A DNA stretch of 42,105 nucleotides, from positions 1-42,105 of the forward strand of contig JADFJW010000002.1 in the NCBI GenBank assembly GCA_022565235.1, given 5' to 3'. Made by a program: the position numbers and the translations under genes. The number at the start of each line of letters is the position of its first letter. Position 1 is the stretch's first letter. Positions 25,142 to 33,390 of the stretch are shown here, in pieces. The notes under the pieces were generated by a model that was not told the origin of the DNA, searched no databases, and worked only from the letters and a program-made list of their open reading frames with translations. Origin of the DNA: Nanobdellota archaeon (lineage in GTDB: Archaea > Nanobdellota > Nanobdellia > Woesearchaeales > GW2011-AR4).

Positions 25142-25255
25142 TTTATACTCTAATTTTTGGTTGTATTTAAAGGTTTTGTGTATTTACTTATCAATAGTGA
25201 AAAATAGAAAGGTTTATAAATGGCCATTTTTCCTTTAAACATAGTGTGATGAATT

Positions 25256-25759
25256 ATGGCAACGCAAAATAAAGGGCAGGGGGATGGAGAAGCAGATATA
25301 GGACTAACAGAAAGTGATTTAAGAGACAGAATTGATAATGAAGCCCCAGAGAAAATTAAAGAAACATTAGGATATATAGAACGTCTTCCTCAAACTACTT
25401 ATTTGTTGTTAGAACTTCCAACTTCGGGCAAGGGAATTGATATTTACGCACCTAAGAAAGCTGTAGAAAAATTGAAAAATATGTTGAATCAAGTGGGAAT
25501 ACGTGTTGTAAGAGATCATGAAATTACTATACCAGATATTTATACTGTCGCAGACACTATAGAAACAGCTGTTTTGAATGCCGAAGACTTTGCTAGGTAT
25601 TCTTTAGGAGCTCCTGATGATTTAATCCAGTATGCTAAGGAAAGTGTCAGGGAGGGAATAAATTCTCAGCTAAGTCCACATTTAACAAAACCAAGAATAA
25701 TTAATAATCTTTTTTTGGATACATTAGTTCGAACCTACGCTTCTCAAGGCCCTAAGTGA
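25256..25759 (+). CDS. Hypothetical protein (167 aa), orphan by eye
   Basis: ORF in an otherwise empty interval with a TATA-like TTTATAAA about 40 nt upstream. No motif recognised. Confidence 0.5.
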   Translation: MATQNKGQGDGEADIGLTESDLRDRIDNEAPEKIKETLGYIERLPQTTYLLLELPTSGKGIDIYAPKKAVEKLKNMLNQVGIRVVRDHEITIPDIYTVADTIETAVLNAEDFARYSLGAPDDLIQYAKESVREGINSQLSPHLTKPRIINNLFLDTLVRTYASQGPK

Positions 25760-25771
25760 ACGTTGAGTCCA

Positions 25772-27004
25772 TCAACAAACACTATAATAATCCTCCAAAA
25801 CAACCTTATCAATATTCTCAACATCCTTAACAACATACAGTTTTCCTTGTCCCAGCTCAACAATTTTCTCAGCTAATTGCTTTCCTTTTTCATTTAAATT
25901 AATTCCAATTAAAGAAATAGTTATGCCCTTGTTCCTTGCAATAGAAACTTCTTGTAATGTCTCTTTTTCCGGCTCTTTTCCTGTTGTTGGTAGTGCATCT
26001 GTTATCAAGATCAAATGTTTGGTTATATTTTCATTAGGGAACAATTCTATTGCTTTTCTTAATGAAGCTACTAAGTCTGTCTCTCTGGAAGCTCTTGCAC
26101 CTACAATGTTTTTCAATAAATAAGAGAAATCTTGTGTAGGTTCTACTACTGTTTTGATTTCAGAGCCAAAAACTATCAAACCAACTTTATCTTTTTCATC
26201 AATAGCTTTGTAAGCTAATGCAATGCCTGCGCGCTTGCAGGCATCTATTTTAGCTCCCTTCATGCTGCCAGACGCGTCCAAAGCATAAACAATATACGAC
26301 TGACCTCGACTTTGTCTTTCATAAACTTTAAGATCTTTCTCATGTAGTTTTTTATGTCCTCTTCTTATTGCTAATTTAACTGATTTTTTTATTGCTATGT
26401 CTCTGTATCTGTCACTTTTTTTATAATTCCTGGTATCTTCTTTAGCGCCATATATTGATGCTTTTTTATGTATTTTTTCTCCAAGAATACCTTTTGGAAC
26501 TAATTTATCCAATTCCTCAAAATACATCACCAGAGAAGCTAGCTCAATGCCTTTATCACTGATCTCATTATCTCTTCCCAATAAACCTTCTTCCTTTAAT
26601 TTTTCTATATTCCTTTGTATTCTAAACCTTAATTCTTTCTGGAACTCAGGAATGTTTATGTTTTTCTTAATATAATCTGGGTTATAGCCGGTTGCTAACT
26701 TTAACAAAGAAGGTCCAAAGATATGTTTAGCCATAGAATAATTTTTTACAAGCTGTTGGTAGATTAAGTCTGGTGTAAATGCATCAAGACCTTGATTAAT
26801 TGAGTCACTAATCAATTTTCCTTTTTCTATAGTTTCTTTGTCATTCTCCAGAACAGATTTCATTAATTTATCTTCTTCCTGTTGTGTGGAAAGCTTGCCA
26901 GTTAATTCTTCAATATTCTCTTTTTCATGTATTTGCTGCGAGCTGTCAAAGTAAATCACCTTTTTTTTCTTCTGGAACTTCACTATCAATAATATTTTTC
27001 TCAA
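25772..27004 (-). CDS. von Willebrand factor A domain protein (MoxR partner)
   Basis: MIDAS motif YALDASGSMKG with downstream LITDALPT. The start is uncertain. ATG 27004 overlaps moxR by 59 nt; alternatives are GTG 26959 or ATG 26863. Confidence 0.75.
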   Translation of the reverse strand: MRKILLIVKFQKKKKVIYFDSSQQIHEKENIEELTGKLSTQQEEDKLMKSVLENDKETIEKGKLISDSINQGLDAFTPDLIYQQLVKNYSMAKHIFGPSLLKLATGYNPDYIKKNINIPEFQKELRFRIQRNIEKLKEEGLLGRDNEISDKGIELASLVMYFEELDKLVPKGILGEKIHKKASIYGAKEDTRNYKKSDRYRDIAIKKSVKLAIRRGHKKLHEKDLKVYERQSRGQSYIVYALDASGSMKGAKIDACKRAGIALAYKAIDEKDKVGLIVFGSEIKTVVEPTQDFSYLLKNIVGARASRETDLVASLRKAIELFPNENITKHLILITDALPTTGKEPEKETLQEVSIARNKGITISLIGINLNEKGKQLAEKIVELGQGKLYVVKDVENIDKVVLEDYYSVC

Positions 27005-27878
27005 ATTGTTCTTTTATATATGTTTCCGGGCTTTGTAGATATTTAATAGACGGTTTTAATCTTATCCTATGAGCTAAAACAGAAATAAAAACATCTTTTA
27101 TGTCATCAAAAGTGACATTTTTTCTTTTATTCAATAAAGCATTTGATTGTGATCTTTCATATAAACCTAAAGAAGCACGTACAGAAGGCTTTTTCTCTAA
27201 ATTTTTATCTTCTCTCAATAATCTTACAAAATGTATCATCAGTTCCAATAACTTATCACTAACATCAATATTATCAATTTTATTTCCTTTTTTTATTACT
27301 ATTTCTTTTTCTATATGGATGTTCTCCGGATAACACATGTAAATTAAATCAAACCTGTCCAGCAAAACGTCTGAAAGCTTTTCTGTAGATGTGTCCTCTG
27401 GATTCATTGTTCCTATAAAGATAAGGTCAATGTCAAAATCAACATCATAACTTCCAATAGTAGCTTTCTTTTCCTCAAGAACCTGCAGTAAAGCATTTTG
27501 CACTTTCTCCGGGCACCTGTTTAACTCGTCAAAAAATAAAATTCCTTTATCTGCCTTGAAAATCTTTCCTTTGGTAAATGCCTCTATGCTTAATGGACCA
27601 TACTTTAAAGCCTTAATCGGATCTATGTCCCCCAGCAAATCTTCTACTGTTAAATCTGGACTGCCTTGTATACGTATGAAGGGGGTTTTCTTGCCTAACA
27701 GCTTAGCTATATTTTTGGCCAGGGTTGTTTTCCCTATACCTGGAGAACCTACGATGATTATGTGTCTATTAGATAATAAAGCTGATTTTACTGCTTGCTT
27801 TGCCTTATCTTGCCCAATAATATCTTTAAAAGGGTCTTTTTCATTCAATAATGTTTTTATCAGTTCTTTTGTGTTCAT
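26946..27878 (-). CDS. MoxR-family AAA+ ATPase
   Basis: Walker A GSPGIGKTTLAKNIAKLL, Walker B ILFFDELNR, and sensor/arginine region FIGTMNP...LLDRF. Confidence 0.85.
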   Translation of the reverse strand: MNTKELIKTLLNEKDPFKDIIGQDKAKQAVKSALLSNRHIIIVGSPGIGKTTLAKNIAKLLGKKTPFIRIQGSPDLTVEDLLGDIDPIKALKYGPLSIEAFTKGKIFKADKGILFFDELNRCPEKVQNALLQVLEEKKATIGSYDVDFDIDLIFIGTMNPEDTSTEKLSDVLLDRFDLIYMCYPENIHIEKEIVIKKGNKIDNIDVSDKLLELMIHFVRLLREDKNLEKKPSVRASLGLYERSQSNALLNKRKNVTFDDIKDVFISVLAHRIRLKPSIKYLQSPETYIKEQFEKNIIDSEVPEEKKGDLL

Positions 27879-27952
27879 TTTTTATATTGTAAAGACCTAG
27901 TAGTAGGTCTTGCAGTTTTATAAAGGTTGAGGTTTTGTTAAATAAATTAGAG

Positions 27953-28540
27953 TTAAATCAAAGAATTAAGTGAACTCATAACAACAGCTGCTACTATAGG
28001 TATCAGCAGATTATCATCTATCTTGAAACCTTTTATCTCTAAGTCTATGCCCTCAATTAACATGGAAATGGATGCGGCAATTAATGCAAACAACCAAGGC
28101 ACAAAAAATACGGCTCCGAGAAATCCGGCTATGGCTCCTGCTATGGCTCCTTCAAAAAATTTTTCATTGTGGAAAGGGTGCTTTAAGTATCCATACGGCC
28201 CTACAAGCCTTGAAACTGAGTCACCTAAAGCAAGAATCATTATGGAAGCCATAGCTATTTCCTTTGGAAAAATCAAAACTACAACAAAAGCGCCAATGAC
28301 ATAAAACACGGCTCCTTTTCCAGGAAAATTTTCCAGGTCTTTTTTCCTGTCGAAAATCTGCAGGAAGCCGTATATTACCGGAATGTTGAATTTTCTGCTT
28401 AGAAAAGATAAGATTAATCCTATGGCAGATACTGCAAATAATATTGCTGCGCTAATTATGCTAAAGTAAAGCAAAATTACAATTATTATCCCAAGAAGCG
28501 CGTGAATTAACTGCCGTTTTATCTCTAATTTAGTCAACAT
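27953..28540 (-). CDS. Polyprenol/dolichol kinase-like membrane protein (CTP-dependent kinase / CdsA superfamily)
   Basis: Multi-TM protein. It has EIKRQLIHALLG at the N-terminus and the LALGDSVSRLVG motif typical of the dolichol kinase/phytol kinase family. Confidence 0.55.
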   Translation of the reverse strand: MLTKLEIKRQLIHALLGIIIVILLYFSIISAAILFAVSAIGLILSFLSRKFNIPVIYGFLQIFDRKKDLENFPGKGAVFYVIGAFVVVLIFPKEIAMASIMILALGDSVSRLVGPYGYLKHPFHNEKFFEGAIAGAIAGFLGAVFFVPWLFALIAASISMLIEGIDLEIKGFKIDDNLLIPIVAAVVMSSLNSLI

Positions 28541-28543
28541 TTT

Positions 28544-29182
28544 CTATAAAATGTATTTTATAGCAAAAAATCCTCCTATCAACAAGATAAGGAATATTAT
28601 TGTAAGCAAATTAAAGTATTTGTCAATAAATTCCTTCATCTTTGGGCCAAAAAAATATATTGATGTAGCAACTAAAAAGAATCTCGCACTTCTTGATATA
28701 GTGGAGGCTATAATAAATGTCAAAAAACCTATTCCAAACAGGCCTGCACTTATCGTGATTATTTTGTAAGGGATTGGCGTAAAACCTGCCGTAAATACAA
28801 CCCAGAAGTTATAAAGCTCATACTTATCTTGGATGATGTTGAATATTTCAGGAGTAAATCCCGGAATGTACGTAAAAAAAAAGTCTTTTAGAATCCCCCA
28901 TAATTTTAATCCAATAAAATATCCTAAAATTCCACCTAAAACCGATCCTACTGAAGATATTAAAGCATAAAAAAACGATTTTTTCGGTTTTGAGACTGAT
29001 AATGCGATCTGGAGTACATCCGGAGGTATCGGGAAGAATGATGACTCTGCAAAAGCTAAGATGAACAGAGCAGCAGAAGAATATTTCTTGTGAGACCATG
29101 AAAGAATCCAATCGTAAAGCTTTCTTAACTGCCCAAATGTGTAAAAATGGAACGATCCCAGCTTAGATTTAATGGATGTCAT
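28544..29182 (-). CDS. DedA/YqaA-family (SNARE-associated) membrane protein
   Basis: AESSFFPIPPDVL is the family signature. Multiple TM helices. Confidence 0.7.
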   Translation of the reverse strand: MTSIKSKLGSFHFYTFGQLRKLYDWILSWSHKKYSSAALFILAFAESSFFPIPPDVLQIALSVSKPKKSFFYALISSVGSVLGGILGYFIGLKLWGILKDFFFTYIPGFTPEIFNIIQDKYELYNFWVVFTAGFTPIPYKIITISAGLFGIGFLTFIIASTISRSARFFLVATSIYFFGPKMKEFIDKYFNLLTIIFLILLIGGFFAIKYIL

Positions 29183-30200
29183 GCCGTATTTTTCCCCTTA
29201 ATTTTTTATTTGGCCATATTTTGCAGCCTGCATCAATGACAACATTATCTGCCTTGACATTATCAGCTATTACGGCACCTAGTCTGTCTACTTTTATTTT
29301 TTCGTTCTTTACAGTTGAATAAATATTATTTTTAGCGATTATTTTTCCACTAAAATGGACATTTCTCCCAATAATGGAATCTTCAATTATAGAATTTCCA
29401 TCAATTACACTAGTATCCATTATAATAGAATTTTTAATATTGCCGTTTATCAAACAGTTATTACCTATAGAACAATTTTTTATATTGCCTTTTATTTTTG
29501 AATTTTTCCCTATTACATTCCTGCCTTTTCTTATTTCCTTATCTGCCGCCAGCAAATCCCAGGGATAGCTTATCTGGAAACAAGAGGAGCTTTTTACACA
29601 ATAAACGTCATTTTTTACAGAAAGCTTTTTTATTGCATCTGTAAGTTCATATTCGCTTCTTTCAGATTTTTTTATGTCTTCAAGGAGACCAAATATTTTC
29701 TCATCAAAAGAATACAAAGCGCAACTCACAATGTCAGAAACAAATTTTTTGGGCTTTTCGATAATATCGGTAAGAATGTCGTTTTTTTCCTTTACGACGC
29801 CAAACAGCTCCGGGTTTTTTACCTTCTTTACAAGAATAGAGTATTGATGCTTTGCTATCTTATTTACATCTTTTCTTGAATAGATATTGTCTCCCATCAA
29901 AAGAATGAATTTGTTTTTTATTTTATCCTTAAGGAGGGAAACTGCGTGACCGGTTCCGAGCTGCTCGCGCTGTTCAATAAATCTAATGTTCAAATCCGGA
30001 TAATTTTTTTTAATGAACTTCTTAATCATGCCTTTTTTATAACCTACAACTATTATTATCTCTTCTGCAAGGTCTTTTAACGCCTCCAGGTTATATTCAA
30101 GAATTGTCTTGTTAGAAACTTTAAGCAGGGGTTTGGGTATGGTCAGAGTAAGTGGATAGGTTCTTGTTGAGCTTCCTGCTGCTAAAATTACTGCTTGCAT
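29169..30200 (-). CDS. Sugar-1-phosphate nucleotidylyltransferase with C-terminal left-handed beta-helix
   Basis: MQAVILAAGSSTRTYPLTLTIPKPLLKV is the NTP-transferase signature. Hexapeptide-like repeats fill the C-terminal third. Confidence 0.8.
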   Translation of the reverse strand: MQAVILAAGSSTRTYPLTLTIPKPLLKVSNKTILEYNLEALKDLAEEIIIVVGYKKGMIKKFIKKNYPDLNIRFIEQREQLGTGHAVSLLKDKIKNKFILLMGDNIYSRKDVNKIAKHQYSILVKKVKNPELFGVVKEKNDILTDIIEKPKKFVSDIVSCALYSFDEKIFGLLEDIKKSERSEYELTDAIKKLSVKNDVYCVKSSSCFQISYPWDLLAADKEIRKGRNVIGKNSKIKGNIKNCSIGNNCLINGNIKNSIIMDTSVIDGNSIIEDSIIGRNVHFSGKIIAKNNIYSTVKNEKIKVDRLGAVIADNVKADNVVIDAGCKIWPNKKLRGKIRHDIH

Positions 30201-30201
30201 T

Positions 30202-31443
30202 TTAAATAAGCTTAATACTGTTTACATTATCCTTGACATTAGAGGCCTTGATAATATTTTTTATTAAATCTCCGGCGACGGTGAATTTTCTCTTTTCTAC
30301 AGCAAATATTCTCTTGTTTTTAACGAATGTCTTTTTGTGCTTTTTCTTGAAAATAGCTGCATGTTTTTCAACCTTTAATGGCGGCCCGAATACCTCTATC
30401 ATTTTCGATAATTTATCATTTTCAAGAGTGTAATAGAATAATGAGCTGTCTTTAACGTGCCATAGCATATCACTTTCTATTATCTTAAATCCATAAGAAA
30501 TTAATTCTTGCTCTATAAAATGGAAGGCCTTCAGCATTTTTGCACCTGCTACATCTTCTTTTTTGTTTAATGGCTTTGTTTTGAGCATTATAAGCCTGTT
30601 TTTCCGGAATTTTTTCCTTACATCCTGTTCTGTCAGAATTTTTACCTCAAAAAATTCCTTTGAGGGATTTTTCAAGAATTCTTTTGCCCTATGTTTTGCT
30701 ATTTCAAATTTTTCATGATCTAAAGCAGCGGCGGCATTCCTGTCTTTTTGGACAGGGTCAATTACGACTAATGGGCTAGTCAGTTTTGATTTATTTATTT
30801 CCATCAAAACATCTTTTCCTTTATAATATCCTTTAACATCAATAATTTCTTTATCTTTCCATCTGGGTATCGCCTTTATTAATTTTAAAAAAGAGCCATA
30901 GTAAATTGTCAATATTTCGCAAACATAACCGGAAAAGCCGCGGATATAGCTTTCAGCCCCATAAACCTTTGCTGCTTTAAAGAATTGTTTTGTGAGCCTT
31001 ACCTCATCAACCAGTTTTTTATGCTTTAATACGAAATCTGAATGTAATGGGCTTACGTCAGTTATGTTCTTTGCCTGCTCTGACCTCTTTATTTCCAATA
31101 TTGGAACTATCTCAAAGGTAAATTTCTGCTGTCTTATCTGGAAATAATCTCTTGAGCCATGCAATCTTATTATTTTGAAATGCTTTTTAAGAAATTTTTC
31201 AAGCATATCTGACAGCTTATTGCTTTTATCCTTGAATCTGCTATAGTTGAATTTGACAAAAATATCTGCATCAAAAGTCTTTAGCCATGTGCCTTTTGCT
31301 CCTGATCCGGCAAGAACAGCTTTTGCTCCTTTCATTCCTTTATTTATCTGGGTTATTATGCTGTTGGATTTATCGAGTATTTCTTTTTCATATTTCTCAC
31401 TTGGCCTTATCTCCAATATTACTTCTGAAAGCAACTTTTTCAT
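30202..31443 (-). CDS. cca: CCA-adding enzyme, archaeal class I
   Basis: LAGSGAKGTWLKTFDADIFVKF matches the class I motif GSxAKGTWL...DxDIFV. Length of 413 aa fits. Confidence 0.85.
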   Translation of the reverse strand: MKKLLSEVILEIRPSEKYEKEILDKSNSIITQINKGMKGAKAVLAGSGAKGTWLKTFDADIFVKFNYSRFKDKSNKLSDMLEKFLKKHFKIIRLHGSRDYFQIRQQKFTFEIVPILEIKRSEQAKNITDVSPLHSDFVLKHKKLVDEVRLTKQFFKAAKVYGAESYIRGFSGYVCEILTIYYGSFLKLIKAIPRWKDKEIIDVKGYYKGKDVLMEINKSKLTSPLVVIDPVQKDRNAAAALDHEKFEIAKHRAKEFLKNPSKEFFEVKILTEQDVRKKFRKNRLIMLKTKPLNKKEDVAGAKMLKAFHFIEQELISYGFKIIESDMLWHVKDSSLFYYTLENDKLSKMIEVFGPPLKVEKHAAIFKKKHKKTFVKNKRIFAVEKRKFTVAGDLIKNIIKASNVKDNVNSIKLI

Positions 31444-31478
31444 ATCATTTTGTTATTTTCGTCAATATAAAAAGATTT

Positions 31479-31621
31479 AGTTTTGTGCGTGCCCGCACAC
31501 TAGCGTATGAGGTATTTTCAATACAACAAAACTTTCGTGCGGTACGAAGTACTGCACACCGTTGTACGGGAACGTACAACTGTTTTACAGCAACGTAAAA
31601 TCTGGCACGCAAAATTTTACG
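31479..31621. ncRNA. G+C-enriched array of perfect hairpins (candidate structured RNA)
   Basis: GTGCG-tgcc-CGCAC at 31486-31498. GTGCGGTAC-gaa-GTACTGCAC at 31537-31557 (one G-U pair). GTTGTACG-ggaa-CGTACAAC at 31561-31580 (GNRA loop). CGTAAAAT-(12 nt)-ATTTTACG at 31594-31621. Possible closing helix TTTTG(TG)CGTGCC/GGCACGCAAAA. About 44% G+C by hand count. Confidence 0.3.
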
Positions 31622-31670
31622 ATAACTATTTATATGTGCTTTTTAAGGAAAAAGTAAAGGAGGTATATTA

Positions 31671-32861
31671 ATGATCAGTGTTTTGCTGCTTTTGACTTAT
31701 TTGGCGATTATTCTGTTGATTGGCTTATTGACGTCTATTATCAGTCATAAGTTTAAAATTCCGAATATTCTGATGCTTTTGCTGATAGGTGTAGGGCTGG
31801 GAAGAATAGATTACAGGGGAGGACCCCTTATAGAGTTTCCAGAGCTTTTTATTACCGGTATAAGCATAATGGCTTTGGTCATGATTGTTTTTGATTCAGC
31901 TTCCAGGTTTAGCTTAAAGAAAATAGATTATTTTTCGTTGCATACCCTATGGCTTTCTCTTGTTTTTCTTGTTTTTAACTTGATTTTCTTAACAGCTTTT
32001 ACCATGCTTATTTTCGATGTAAAATCTATCTTTCTTGCTTTAATTTTTGCAGCGTTGATGGCAGGCACTTCTCCAGCAGTAGTGCTGTCAATGTTTAAAA
32101 ATGTGAAAAATAAGGTGTTTGATTTTTTAGGCCTGGAATCTTTGCTAAATACGCCATTGGTTGTTTTGATGCCATTCATTATCCTGGATCTGAAGACGAC
32201 GTTAAAGGATGAGCTCATAATAGCAACATTCATAGATCAGTTTGTGCCTTTATTGCAGCAGTTTGTTGTGGGTGTCGGGGCTGGAGTTCTGGTCGGATTG
32301 ATTATGTTCAAATTCATGAGAAAGGCGTATTCAGCTGTTTTATCGCCTTTGGCAGTAGTTACCTCTGCTTTACTCGCCTACATCATTGCAGAGAATTTGG
32401 GTGGTAATGGTGTTTTAGCTGTTACTTCGATGGGATTTCTGTTCGGTAATGTTTATTTAAAACAGAAATTTCAGCTTAAAGAGTTTGCTTCTGTCTTTTC
32501 AAATTCTTTGGAAATATTGGTTTTTGTTCTTATAGGCATCGTAATTGCAATTCCATTTTCTAATGAATTTTTAATGAAATCCATTTTATTGTTTGCATTG
32601 TACCTAGTTATTAGGTTTGTTTCAATACTGTTTTCATTGAGGGGCATGGATTTTACCTTAAAGGAGAAAATATTCATGTCATTGAATGCGCAAAAGGGAA
32701 TTGCGGTTGCTGTTGTCGTGTTTTCCCTTGCCACCCTGCAAATAGAAGGCATGCAAACCATACTTAACCTTTCATTGGCCTTTATGCTTTACTCCATTAT
32801 TTTATCTTCTCTTGTTTTTAGGACGGCAAATTTTTTTATTAAGGATATTGTTGAGAGGTAA
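31671..32861 (+). CDS. Cation:proton antiporter (Na+/H+ exchanger family)
   Basis: Strong SD AGGAGGT upstream. About 11-12 TM helices with layout and length typical of CPA1/CPA2 exchangers. Confidence 0.7.
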   Translation: MISVLLLLTYLAIILLIGLLTSIISHKFKIPNILMLLLIGVGLGRIDYRGGPLIEFPELFITGISIMALVMIVFDSASRFSLKKIDYFSLHTLWLSLVFLVFNLIFLTAFTMLIFDVKSIFLALIFAALMAGTSPAVVLSMFKNVKNKVFDFLGLESLLNTPLVVLMPFIILDLKTTLKDELIIATFIDQFVPLLQQFVVGVGAGVLVGLIMFKFMRKAYSAVLSPLAVVTSALLAYIIAENLGGNGVLAVTSMGFLFGNVYLKQKFQLKEFASVFSNSLEILVFVLIGIVIAIPFSNEFLMKSILLFALYLVIRFVSILFSLRGMDFTLKEKIFMSLNAQKGIAVAVVVFSLATLQIEGMQTILNLSLAFMLYSIILSSLVFRTANFFIKDIVER

Positions 32862-32863
32862 GG

Positions 32864-33346
32864 TTGTTTATTTTTGAGAATTATATCAGTAAAAGTTATA
32901 AGCAGATATACGTTTCCAAACTTATGCAAACTATCTATAAGCCCTTAGGCAGAGCAATCACAAAGGAACTTAATAGGAATGATTTTACTCCCACTTTCTT
33001 GTCACCGCATTTAGCAAGTGTCATGGGCTTTGATAGTGGAAGTAAAAATCTTTCCAGCGGATTTGCTGAGTATCTCCGTAATGTTACAGGAGGTTATGTA
33101 TATGGCAAACCTAATTTTCCTAGAGATTCAGAACATGGCTTGGAAAGGTTATCCATCTTGATGGATGCACTTAATTTTTCAGAAAGGTATCCAAATATAA
33201 TAGATAAAATAAAGGAAATTGATGAGAGACTGGAATACCCTCCACTGGAAGATAAAAGAGTATCATATGATCAACTCAAAGCTGCATACGAAGCAATGAA
33301 AAATGGTCAAGAATCACCAGCAAAAGGTATAGAAGCTATCGTTTAA
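32864..33346 (+). CDS. Hypothetical protein (160 aa), orphan by eye
   Basis: TTG start in the ORF track. An internal ATG (MQTIYKPLG...) is an alternative start. No motif recognised. Confidence 0.45.
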   Translation: MFIFENYISKSYKQIYVSKLMQTIYKPLGRAITKELNRNDFTPTFLSPHLASVMGFDSGSKNLSSGFAEYLRNVTGGYVYGKPNFPRDSEHGLERLSILMDALNFSERYPNIIDKIKEIDERLEYPPLEDKRVSYDQLKAAYEAMKNGQESPAKGIEAIV

Positions 33347-33390
33347 TTATTTCTTTAGTTTTGAGATTAAGAGGGTGATTAGAAATTCAA

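Noticed and set aside
31287-31598. 103-aa plus-strand ORF across the cca start and the hairpin array.
   Set aside because: It is antisense to the well-supported cca N-terminus and continues through palindromic DNA. Its composition is implausible.
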